A DNA stretch of 40,972 nt, from positions 1 to 40,972 of the forward strand of contig JALDZS010000203.1 in assembly GCA_022813965.1 (NCBI GenBank), given 5' to 3'. This stretch comes from Toensbergia leucococca. Lineage: Eukaryota. Position 1 is the first letter of the stretch. Every line of letters begins with the position of its first letter. Under the pieces are notes generated by a model. The model was not told where the DNA came from and ran no database searches. It saw nothing but the letters and a program-made list of their open reading frames with translations. The position numbers and the translations under genes are program-made. Positions 23,765-34,978 of the stretch are shown piece after piece.

Positions 23765-26700
23765 GACGGTGGATGAATGATAAGGTAGTGCTGAAAAGCT
23801 GTTGTTGTTGACCTCGTTCGAGGACAAAGGAATGTATTCGGTGTTGAGAAGGTCAATGGTGGTGGGGGCAGAAAAAGGTTGGAACAGGTCAGGAAGAAGA
23901 ACAGCAGGACGTGGACGAAGGTGAGGAATGGTATGACTCGATGCAATTAGACAACTATCGATGTGGGTAAGGATGGATGAGGTAGAAGGAAAGGGTCTCG
24001 AGGTGAGTGTTGAAGCAGTCGATCATTCTCTTCTTCGGTTTGATCGTTCGAGTCAGGATGGGGGCCATGACGAGCGAGTGCTTTATGTAGAGTATATCAC
24101 CAGGCACGCATCCCCCCAAATCCATCGACGAATGATCATGCGGGCAAGTCGAACAGGTGGTGTGCCGCACCATTTAGCGTGAGCAGTAGCCCTTGTCTGC
24201 ATCCTGTCCCAGAACTGCTTGGTCTCAACTCCCTAGAGGCAGCAGAAGGCGTGCTAACCAAGACCAGCTTCTCCTACAGCTCTAACGCCATCCAATGTAC
24301 AAGGGTCTTTTTGGTTGGCTGCAATCAGTCTACAGACTACTACTAGCACCACTCTTACAGTATTTGTCGTGGGGTGCATGAACAGAAACCACACCATCGG
24401 CTGCGATCTCCGAGTCTGACCAAGGGGTACTTATCGTGGCTTGTTTGAGCAATTGATGCAAACACAGGAATCCAGGCTCAAGCTGACCTAGGCGGCATCT
24501 TTTGGGCTTGGAGTATCCACCTAGAGTATCCACCCAGGCCTCAACTCCTTGATGCACCAACACATCTGTCTTCCGTGAAGTGCCGGAGTATTAGTGTTGG
24601 CAATGGCATTGATCCTGCCTTTGCTCTGGTCGCATCAGACCTAGTTTCACCATGTAGGTACATATGATCCACCGTCATGACATGCAAGGCACGAGGCATC
24701 CTTTTGGATTTTATTGGGGGTTATGCCGGAAGGGATTAGGGAACAGGCATGCCTACTAATATCCCCAGACGCTGTGTATCAGCTGCCGCCTTGACCATTT
24801 GATTAGAATTAGTACTATTGATTTCGCAGCAGTGTTTTATTGAGCGCGCGTTTCTGAATGAAATGAAAGATTTATTTTTACTCGACTTGATGTGATCGAA
24901 TCACACAAACAGGTTGCCACCACCCTCTCATCGACGATCATGGCCTGGTCGAGTTAGCTAACGAGGTGGAATTGGCTCACCTGGCACTAAATGACGATCA
25001 TTCAAATGATTTGCAGGATGCGCCATTTATTATCTAAAGCCCGCCACACGGATACTAGAAATTGAAGCGAGATTAAAACTACGAGAATTTCTCCAGCCTA
25101 ATTAGAGTAGAACAGGTACGGACGTAACCACTTAGAATAAGCCCACATTTGAAATCAGTCTCTCTCCTTGAAGGTGACTGTTCCATCATGAACTGATCCC
25201 AATCCATGTTTATATTCCACTTGATGACAATCCGAGTCAATCACCAGGGCTGGCTGAAGCTTGATTCACATGTAGAAATCCCGACCCTAGCCGCCAATTG
25301 CAAAGAGTAGACATATTTGCCTCGCCTTGGGTCGGTTCATTAATTGCAGCGTGGGCCGTCTCCATTCTGGAACAGGATTCGCAATTGATTGTCTTGAAGG
25401 CGTCAAAGCCACGACTGATTGCGGTCTCACAGACGGGTCACAGCATCAATCCAACCCGTCAACCCCACGTTCTCCGCACGCCGCATTGTGTCGCTACTCG
25501 CATTTACAAGTGCCAACGATCTCAGCTTGCGCTTTGGCCCCTCGGTCTCAATACCCCCTGCCAGCTGTGGGATTCCTTGATCAGTCACTGGTTGGATTTC
25601 AAGGACCCCACAGTTAGTCAGTAAACCTTGCACGCTCTTGTCCTTGATTCTGCTTGCTCAAGTGTCATTGGTCGGATCTCGCTTCCAGTTCTTCTCAATC
25701 GCTCCGTCCCGCTGTCATCAAGTAGAATTAATCAACGGCGACCCTGCCTCCTGCCTTGCAATTCGACCACGGTGACCTTCCCGTCGTCAATTCTCCGAGT
25801 CATGCCACTTTCAAAGCTGCATTTTCGTGCAGCTAGCTTTGCATCACAACATGCCTCGCGACTCACAGCATGTGTGCGGTAGATCCCGACCTGCCCGCAC
25901 TACTCGATAACAACCGTTTCAATCTTCTGCACAGATCGCTGCGGAGCCATGTAACACAGCAACAGTGTACGAATATCAACATTCGGTACCTCTCTCCTCT
26001 CTAACTACCTACCATACTCCATCCCCTTAAAATTGCGTCATGATGCCTTTGCAGCACTCAATTTCTTTATCGTCGTACCAGGCTCCCTGGTAGACTTCAG
26101 CGCTAATGCCGCATTCATCTTCACCAATGCTTCATTGTGCTCCTATTTTCCCAGTTTGCGAGCCTCAAAATTTCCCTAGTGATCAAGAGTCTTGGACCTC
26201 GTGCTTCGTTGCAATCATGCTCGAAGCCTAGCTTCAAACCCCAATCTAATTTCCCATTTCTTTGATCTTTGCAACCGTCGCACGTACATTTCCCAGCACG
26301 CCATCTCAATTGTCGATATCTATTCGTTCGAACAGACTACTCTTTATCTACGCTACCTATCTGCAGTATCAAATTCCACCTCCGAGTTGTTATCGGTCTT
26401 GACATCATAGACCTGACTTCTATGATGAGTTCGATCACCCACCAGCACACTACACCTACTCCCTAGTCTGTACATTGACTCTCATCTTGTCATTCAAAGT
26501 AGAAAAGGCTTGTTCTGTCTGATACGTGTACCTGAGAAGAACGGGTGGACAGAAGTGTGGGCTCGTTAACGACGGGAGTAGTATTACTGGCGCATATATA
26601 TTGAGAGCATACCATTCAAATTCAATTATCCGCTTCAAACTGGTTTTCTGCCCACCGGGTGGGAGTTAATCCTCTCATCCTTTCCAAACGTCGGATTTTA

Positions 26701-29295
26701 AGGTTTTCGCTTATGTTCTAGGCATCATGGAAATATATTGCTCAAGAGTCTGGATCACAATTAGTGAAAAAACAAAGAAGCATTTCGAAGAAGCTTAAAA
26801 TGTCGATCGCCATCGATATCTCGATGGCACCATGGAAGCACGATCTCAAGTCCTTGGCTTTTTACCACAGGCTCACTGCGTGATAGCATGCGTATGGAAG
26901 CTGGCGCCAATAGAGAGGATGAGTTTATACCGTTGACAAGCCGTCGAGAACCCAAGTCATCGTTTCGCAACAAACCTTATTGACTTTCATTGGAGGCTTT
27001 ACCTGTACGCTGACGTCCCGTTCGCATTTCCCGCTCTCGAAGCCGAGTATGGCTTGCCCTGCTTCCATTTGCACTTTCGCGAGAAAGCTTAAGCCATGTC
27101 TACAAGCCGACCTCAACCTTTCAACCAATAAAGTCCTCGCTTCACACATTGCATAAGAGTTAAAGTATGGCATGATTCCTAAAGTACTGGATAATTTTGT
27201 GAACGTGGCACATTACAACCACTCAAGCTTTCCTCCTGCTACATATAACTGGCACGGCCATAACATTGATAGTGCAGACTACTTTATGTATATGATTTCC
27301 GAGCTAAGGTTCTTTTAGCATCATAAGATCGTGCAGCTTCTTTCAGACTTCCTTATTCCCTCTATTAAATTGTTTGATTTGTGTCAAATTTCAATCGATT
27401 TGCGTCTCAAATCTTCGGTTTTCTACATCCCCAAAGCTGAAAGCAACGCCTTTTCCATTGTTCGAATCTTACGATGTGACGCACTTCATTACAGATTCCT
27501 ATTATATCGCCCATTAGCACACAATAAACGTCGTAGTTTATGTGAAATTTAAAGGCCATCAAGATTGATAGTTTTCAATCTCGTTAGACCTTGATCTTTC
27601 CTTCCCATTCATCTTGACGCTTCTACTCGGGTTGAAGCTTAGATAATATTTGACAATCATTCATATACGTCTTTCTCAAGAGACATCGGACAAATGAGAC
27701 TGTTGTGCTTCTTCCACGCGGTCACCAAGGTGGGCACGACGTCTCATGTATATCCGGTGCGAATAACTTGAGTCGATCCATTGTATTCGCTGTACCGTCC
27801 GGAGCTCCATATACTGAACTTTAACAGGATTAATTTTCAATCATAGGTAAGATCCAAACGCCCTAAGTACAATGATTACAGTCCGCCACACGATAAGGCA
27901 AGAAATAAGTGGAAGGCTTGTCTACTGATAATGGGTCTTTGTGTGTCATGGAAACTGGCCTGAGGCAACAAAATCCCTGTTTATTGTGGATAAATAAAAA
28001 TCCTGCTGGATTGTTAGTGGCCATTGGGTCTCAAGATCCTGGTCACGACGCCTTACAAGGATGAAATAGATTCCATCTCGACTCCACTTCTTTTGAAAGT
28101 CCTGCTAATTGCCGCGCTCCTTTCATTCCCTGGGATTTGAGACCTGGATTTTAAGATCCTCATGTTTCTTCCTTTCACCATGTCTAACACTTGCTCTACG
28201 TCTCCTTGGGGTACCCGGGTTTTGGCGATAACTCATCAAATTACGTTTTGGTATCACATCCTGACCAACCATAGCAATCCTCCTCGTCAGGGTCGGCCGA
28301 ATTCGATTGACTATATCGGTGTAGAGGCCTTGCTCTACAACAAGTTTCTAATGCTCATGATTAGACCCGAATCGTATGATCATCGCTCCCAATATCTATA
28401 CTAAGATCCTGTTACTACACCGCCTAAAAAGGTCAGGCGGACAGATTCAGGTGACTAACGCTCACCGGAGCTTGACATGTATCGCCATACTTCTGATGGA
28501 CGAAGACCTACCATGAGAGGTAGACAAGCATCCATCAGCACGTCGCGATTTCTGCCTAGGTCTTTAATTCAAAGTATCAATACTCACCAAGACAATCAAG
28601 AACCAATTGAAGCAATTTTCATTAGCTTGGAGAAGATGCACAAGATTCGGGAGCTAATCAACTCTCTACCATAAATTCTGTTCAACCTTCCAGATCAATG
28701 ACAAGATAATGTTATTAGTCTACAGGTCTAACATGTAGTCTCTCTCAGATGAAACTTCTAATCCGTCAACTCGAGCACTGTGTTCTCAACAGAAAAGGTA
28801 CTCGCACTCTCACTTACTCAATGTCAAACGAACATAGGTGCCTATGGTTGTCACTTGTCCATGACCAGAGCCGCCAGCATACCTACCCATCAAAGTATCG
28901 TGGACTGCAGATTCTCCCTCTCACAAACATCAACCCTTGACCTATTTTCTCCAACAGCTATCCCTCAATCCATCACCACACCATTAAACCATTGCAAACG
29001 TTCATCATCCATTTCCACCTACAACAACAATCTAGTATCTCTTCAAATCGCATCCACACGACATCCGTAACCGAGCTCTTGTCACAACACGGCACCCACC
29101 AACCAACCCTTCACAAAACGCCTCAAGTACAAAAAGACTCATCTCCCAACCCTACAACAATTCACCCCCCCAGAAACCCGACTCTCACCTCCCCCCTTCA
29201 CCACCCCCCCCACCATGTCCAAAAATCCATACAAACCACACTCACCATACCCATCCTCCCTCCTCCCTCCCACAAAATCAAACCGCCCTGACAAT

Positions 29296-29322
29296 CACCA
29301 CCACCACCACCACCACCACCAC
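29296..29322 (+). repeat. (CAC)9 microsatellite within a C-rich tract
   Basis: Nine consecutive CAC units. Confidence 0.9.
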
Positions 29323-30686
29323 TCTCCCCAACCCCACTCATCCAACCCCCAAAAAAAACCCCACCCCTCAAGAACCCACCCCTCCACCTCCCCCCCAAAA
29401 CAAACACGGAACCCAGTTCCAAAAACCCCCCCCCCCAAAATATGTGTCTCAAAACCACCCACACCAACGCCAAAATGCCGCCCACGTCATCGTGCGCGCA
29501 GACCTCTGCGCTCAATACCCCACTCGAACCAGGCACAAACTAATGATGTCGCGGTGAGAGGCTGGTGTGAGACTTGTATGCGTGTGAGGACGCTTGCGTG
29601 GGCGAGGAAGGGGAGGGAGAGGAGGGGGGAGGCGAGGGCGAGGTAGGTTGATGGTGGTTGATTGAGTGATTAGGTGGGTGGTTAGGTGATTGGGGGGGGG
29701 ATGAGGAGAGGGGGAAATGAAGGGTCCTGTTATCGAGTTTGGGCTTCTGAACCTCTCGTGTTTACACGGGCTTCTGGTCTGATTTAAGCTTGCTTACTTT
29801 TTTGTTAATGATGGTTTGGGGTTAGGGTGGGGTATGCTGTGTATGTAGAATTGTGTCAGAAGAAGGGCGGCTTTCTTTGGTTTGTTGCTGAGTGGTTGTG
29901 GGAGGGGTTTTTTTTTTTTTTTTTTTTTGGAGGAATTGAGGAAGTGAGGAAGTGAAGGCTTTTCATGGTTTAGTTTTGAGTCTGTTCTTGCAATGAAACG
30001 CTTCCTTCCTTTTTTTTTCTTTCTGGTGTTTGATAAGGAGAGAAGGGGTGAGGCGAGGGTGAGAGATTCACATTTGGTTGATTCAGTTCTTGGGAAGATG
30101 AGAAATGAATGAGAGAAGAAAAGCGTTGAGAAAGAAATAATTAGTTTTTATGTTGATGATGAGAGGTGAGTTTTAATCTCAGTGAACATTGATTAACTTC
30201 AAGAAAAGATATTCATCTCATCTAGGCACTGAGCCTATTCAGTCAACACATCATGAACAAATCTTCCAAAATTATCAGCATCATGTTATCTGACATACAA
30301 GATACAATCTACACATAAAAGAAGAACTGACATGTAAGAAAAGGGGTTTCAAAATAGAGATTTTGCCGACCCGGGACATCGAATCTACAAGGTAGTAAAA
30401 GATAAAATTTAACATCTCATCCTTTCAAGTGCAAAGTTGCGCTCATTTCTCTGTATCATGCTAAATGAAGAGTGAATCTTTCATGCAGAAATAAATTCAA
30501 GTCAGATGATAAGATGAGCAATAAGCGATGATAAAAAGACTTGATTAAATTCCCAAAAACAACGAAACTAGAATGAATGTACCGGGAAAGCACTCACCAA
30601 ACTCCATTCTAGTCAACAAGCAAACCAACGTCCATGCCGACAAAATTCCCCCGTCCAGGCAAAAGTTGGGGAGGGGAGAGGTCAAC

Positions 30687-31223
30687 TCACGATGCTGGAT
30701 CCCTCCTCCCCATCTTCCTAAGCCGATCAAAAATAACATTCCCCCTCCGTCTCTTCTTCACCACCTCCGTCTCTTCCTCATCCGTCCCAAGCCCTCTCCC
30801 TCTCTTCTTCCCCACCCCTCCTCCCACTCCCACCTCCTCATCCTCCGCCTGAAAAGCCAAACACTCCACAAGCCTCAACGGCCGATCGCAATGCTTCTCC
30901 CGCTTCACAAACTCATGAATCGCCATATCGGCCTGATATTCCGAATCCCAGCGCGCCTGAAACGCCATTTCCAGAGACCAGCCTTCTTGGAGCGCTTGGT
31001 CGCGGAGGGCCTTCATGCGCACCCAGTGCTGGTTGTGCAGGTGGGCAATGTGCGTGTGGTAGCAGGGGCGGCAGAAGTGACGGGCCGTGCAGACGGATTG
31101 GGCGGTTCTGGAGGCTTCGGCGCAGTCCTGGGGACTGGCGACGCCGGAGGCGCAGTATTCCAGGCAGCGGTAGCCGGCTACGTGGTTGCAGCTTGCGTGA
31201 CGGAACTCTTCCACGAAGCACAT
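30687..31223 (-). CDS. Small hypothetical protein with N-terminal MC...CxH...C...C...CxxC putative zinc-binding domain and basic NLS-like tail
   Basis: MCFVEEFRHASCNH...CLEYC...DC...FCRPC; tail KKRGR, KKRRR; TATATA at 31351-31356 and a pyrimidine-rich leader upstream. Confidence 0.7.
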   Translation of the reverse strand: MCFVEEFRHASCNHVAGYRCLEYCASGVASPQDCAEASRTAQSVCTARHFCRPCYHTHIAHLHNQHWVRMKALRDQALQEGWSLEMAFQARWDSEYQADMAIHEFVKREKHCDRPLRLVECLAFQAEDEEVGVGGGVGKKRGRGLGTDEEETEVVKKRRRGNVIFDRLRKMGRRDPAS

Positions 31224-31350
31224 TCTCTCTGAAGAAGGAGGGTGGGTGGGTCTTTGAGATCTGGTGGGGAAAAAGTTAGCTTTTGGTATGTCAAGATGAG
31301 GGTGTGGGAGGTTGAGGAGGGAGAAGAAAGGTGGGAGTGGGTAGTCTGTC

Positions 31351-31505
31351 TATATACGTTTTTGGTGAGACATTTTGATGTTTCTGATCTTTGTGAACAA
31401 GCGTTTGTTGGAACAAAGATCTGGTGTTGTCAACAATGTCATCAAAAAACAATAAGAATTAGGAATCAGTTAGATGTCTTTGTTTACATTGAACAATGAA
31501 TTGTT
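31351..31505 (-). promoter_or_regulatory. TATA box plus cluster of HMG-box-type motifs and one forkhead-type site
   Basis: TATATA 31351; CTTTGT 31389, AACAAAG 31412, AACAAT 31432/31448/31492, CTTTGTT 31478, ATTGTT 31500; TGTTTAC 31481. Confidence 0.45.
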
Positions 31506-31987
31506 CGAAGAAAGACCTGTCGATGTTGTTGTCATTAATGTCGTAGGAATACACACGCACGAGGAAACAAATTGATAGGGCCAATAGGCCAAGCAAGAAG
31601 AACGAAGACAGTGACATAAGCACCGAATATTGAAAAAAAATCTCATGTCTGAAATCAAGGGCTTATTGCGAATTCCAAAGATACAGAAAGAAGAAAAGAA
31701 TTGGAAGAGAAAGCAGGCGTCAATCGAGCACAGATGAGACCTATCAGGGCCTATTGCAAAAAAGGCAATGCTCCCCTAAATGGGATAGTCAGCCTACAAT
31801 GTTAATCTAATCATCGATCGTCTCTGATCCTGCATGTGCCAAAGCATACAAAAGCCGCACCCAACAAGCGACAGCAGTAGCCACCAAGTAACACCCCAGC
31901 GAATCATCCACAAACGTACCATCAAAGCCTAGTATTTCGTCTCATCAGCAATTTGATCACCATACTCGCCCCGTAGGCCGCCAAAAA

Positions 31988-33819
31988 TCAAGCCACCGCC
32001 ACCTTCTCCCCCTCTTTTTTCACTTTCTGCCTCTCCGCCCACTCCCTCGACGCCACCCTTCCCCTCTCCGCAGCCTCAGCTCTAGCCCTCTTAGTTCCTT
32101 CCTCCTTTTCTTTCCTCGCCCGTTCTCTCTCCTCCCTCTCCGCTTGGGCACGTCCAAAGATCTCCTTGCCTCTTAATTTCTGCTGCGCCGCATCAATTGG
32201 CGTAATGGATGGTCGAGATGGACTCGATTTATTTGAAACTTGGTTGGCTTTGTTGGCTGAGCTAGTCAAGGATGGGCGGCAAATTGCAGAGGAAGACGCA
32301 TCAGCCACGGAAGACCTGGAGCTCTTGGGGACTGTTAAAGTAGAAAGGCGCTTATTGACGCCGGCAGAACTAGTGCGCGCCAAAGGTCTGATCTTTGGTG
32401 CGTGATCATTTGAGGTGTTTCTTTCGGCTGAGTCATCCTTGGCCATGTTCATACGTGCTTTGCTAGCCAAAGTGGTCCTGACGACAGGGGCAGGAGCTTG
32501 GCTAAGACGAACGGGTCTGGCTTTGAAATCACGTTTCTTCACTTTCTCTTCTTCTTCGAGCTTTAGGCATTCCTCACGTGCTTCTTTGAGTTTTCGAGAG
32601 ATGGCTTCGCCTGGCAGCTCGAAACTGGGTCGAGTGGGTGGCTTCGTGGATTTGACAGGCTGAAAGGGAGCTTTGTGAAGAGAGCTGACCCGCTTGTGGC
32701 TAGGGGCTGGAGCTGGAGTGACAGCGAACGAAGGCGCTTTCTCAGCAGTCTTGGGTGGCTTAACCGAGCTCGTTTTTGAACTGCTAGATATGGTTCCAGG
32801 AGGCTTCTTGGCTTGACCTTTGGCTGACCTCTGCGACTTTTCTCGCGTGACAGATGCTTTGATCGTAGCGCTCTTTTTGACCCCCGAGACTATATCAGCG
32901 CTCTTTGCAGCGCTAAGAGTGGGTTCCGGCATGCCACCAGCCATGGAATATTGGGTCGACTTTTGCCTCCTAAGCTTGACGGGTGACTGACGATCGATGA
33001 TAAGGTTCGGTATCGACTGATCAACCTTTTCAAGAGCGTCTTCGAGCGCGTCAATTGCTTCGACAGAATCCTCGATGCGGTTCGCTGGTACTGCTGGAGT
33101 TCTCCTAACAACTTTGTGCAACTGATCGTCTTTACCATCGTGTAGATTTCCGTCACCTTCCAAGTCATTTGAAGCTTGATCACTCAATTCACCATGCACT
33201 TTCCTAAGTGGCGTTCGTGACGCAATCATCTCGACGAAAGAGTCATCCTTTTCGTCTTTGCTGTGGACCATAGCCTCGTTTTCTGCTTTGTGTACCTCAG
33301 GATCGAAGGGTGGGGTCTGAACCTTCATGGGTGATTGGACTACAGCAGCGTTGACAGCTTCTGAAGATGGTGTAATGGGGAGTGGATCAGATATGGTGAT
33401 GAGATTTATGTCTGTTGTAAACAAAGTGAGCTAGTTACACTGGCTGTTGTCAACAACACGCAAGACTTACCTCCAGAGCCGGGCCTCATCAACTCTTCGC
33501 AAGCCTCTTCTACTGCTGAGCTTGCGGTACTGTGATTGTCGTCTTCAAGAACCTCGACGTTCGATCCTTCATCCATGCTCGCAGGTAATTTTTTGTTTTT
33601 CTTTCCAACCTTTCCTTTTCTTCCTTTCGCGGTTCCCTTTTTGTTGCCCATCGCTACGTTATCAGATTGTGACACATCAATGACTTCTTGTGTACTATTT
33701 CCGGCAACTTCGTGGAGTACCTCACGTTCTTTGCAAGGTGTTAGCGGTAGAGGTACTGAGGCAGCCTCGTCTTCAAAGACGGCATTAGAGCGAAGCGCTG
33801 CACGAGTAACGCGAGGCAT
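31988..33819 (-). CDS. Conserved fungal low-complexity/coiled-coil protein with TPX2-like FKARP motif; putative microtubule-associated protein (2 exons)
   Basis: MPRVTRAALRS start at 33819; intron 33470-33412; blocks RIEDSVEAIDALEDALE, PFQPVKSTKPPTRPSFELPGEAISRKLKE, DFKARP, ARAEAAERGRVASREWAE. Function is inference. Confidence 0.8.
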
Positions 33820-33936
33820 CACGGATGTATGGTTGCAGAATACTTATATTGTTTCGAGCGAAAATTGAAATTTTGCGGATTGTAAGTGGTCAAGTGTTGA
33901 AAGCAAGTGACAGACAACACGCCAGCTGTAATCGAT

Positions 33937-34009
33937 TGTTTACACGGCAACCGGCCCTCTGCACCCGGAGCACTAGTGATTTACGCGACCGAGTGGTCTC
34001 CAAACGCGT
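33937..34009. promoter_or_regulatory. Forkhead-type and MCB-type motifs upstream of the TPX2-motif gene
   Basis: TGTTTAC 33937-33943, ACGCGA 33983-33988, ACGCGT 34004-34009. Confidence 0.55.
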
Positions 34010-34079
34010 TGAGGAATGCGAGGCTTACGCGCTAGTTGGGTATCATCTACACACATGAAAGTGACTTCTCAAATCTCCT

Positions 34080-34628
34080 TCACTCCTTCCTACCCGCGCT
34101 ATCTTGAGATCCTGCTTGCTGTGGTTGCGGCTCGATTGGTATTCGTACAAGGGTTTGTGGTAGAGGCACGTCCAATTCTGGCTTCAAATCCACCCCTTCA
34201 TGGCCTTCACCCGTAGTCTTCGGCTTTGGTAATTTCACTGAGTACCTCGATTAAACATGTTATTTTACAGAGCCAGGGACTAGTAGGCTTACTCGAAGCC
34301 ATATTGATTGCACGTAAGACGTTATGCCAATTCGACAGCACGGCCGCCACAGCTTTACCACCAAGAGCAATTAGCATATCGGACTCTCTGCAGTTGGCCC
34401 GCGCAGACCTTCTGTTCCATCCGATAACGTTGCCAGTGTCTCCTCCAGCGTCTCCATCTGCCCTGCCAATCCTGCGCTCAGATCACGTAATTGCTTCAGG
34501 TCTTCCAGCTCTGCCTTTTTCTCATTTATACGCGCTACTAACATTGGCGACTGTCCTGTAGAACTCTGTGCGCCGCCCATGGATGGATGCCGTAGGCTGG
34601 AGGCCAGAGGCCGGCTCTGGTAAGCCAT
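34080..34628 (-). CDS. dad2: DASH/Dam1 outer-kinetochore complex subunit Dad2 (3 exons)
   Basis: LVARINEKKAELEDLKQLRDLS...LSDGTE|AVAAVLSNWHNVLRAINMAS|...PLPQTLVRIP; introns 34408-34353 and 34292-34238; TGA 34082-34080. Confidence 0.95.
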
Positions 34629-34978
34629 GATGTGCCCGCGCAGGTCGAGAGGACAATAAGGTACTGGTACACAGGAATGGGACCGACCACCATTCAATTG
34701 AGAATGGGTCGTGAAAGTGAAAGCCGTAAGTATGTCTTCTGATTCATTAGCATTGATCTTTGGAGGGAATGGTCGTTTAAACTTCAGATGGAACCATTAC
34801 GGATAGGGCTGACGCTAACGCGGCGATAAGATATGCCGGCCCTCGGTTTGTTTACTTGTCAAAACATCCACGAAACGGTCTTCAATATTCAAACACTTTT
34901 CCTCGCCATCTCACCATCGTTCTCCATAATTTGGAAGTTCAAATCTCTTGCTCATGATCTGTTACTCTATCACGACCT
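34629..34978. promoter_or_regulatory. 350-bp bidirectional promoter shared by dad2 and shugoshin
   Basis: Divergent ATGs at 34628 and 34979; ACGCG 34818, TGTTTAC 34849-34855, SCB-type CACGAAA 34869-34875. Confidence 0.65.

Noticed and set aside
27880..27940. RPII...FLALSCGGL, like a second hydrolase elbow
   Set aside because: Flanking hydrolase motifs are absent and stops follow immediately.
29815..29832. Telomeric repeat or telomerase template
   Set aside because: Only one TTAGGG within a G/T-rich tract.
30361..30392. tRNA-like 3' end on the minus strand (TTCGATGTCCCGGGTCGGCA)
   Set aside because: No matching T-stem or acceptor stem.
30573..31232. 219-aa plus-strand ORF
   Set aside because: Antisense shadow of the minus-strand gene, which has the ordered Cys motif and an upstream TATA box.
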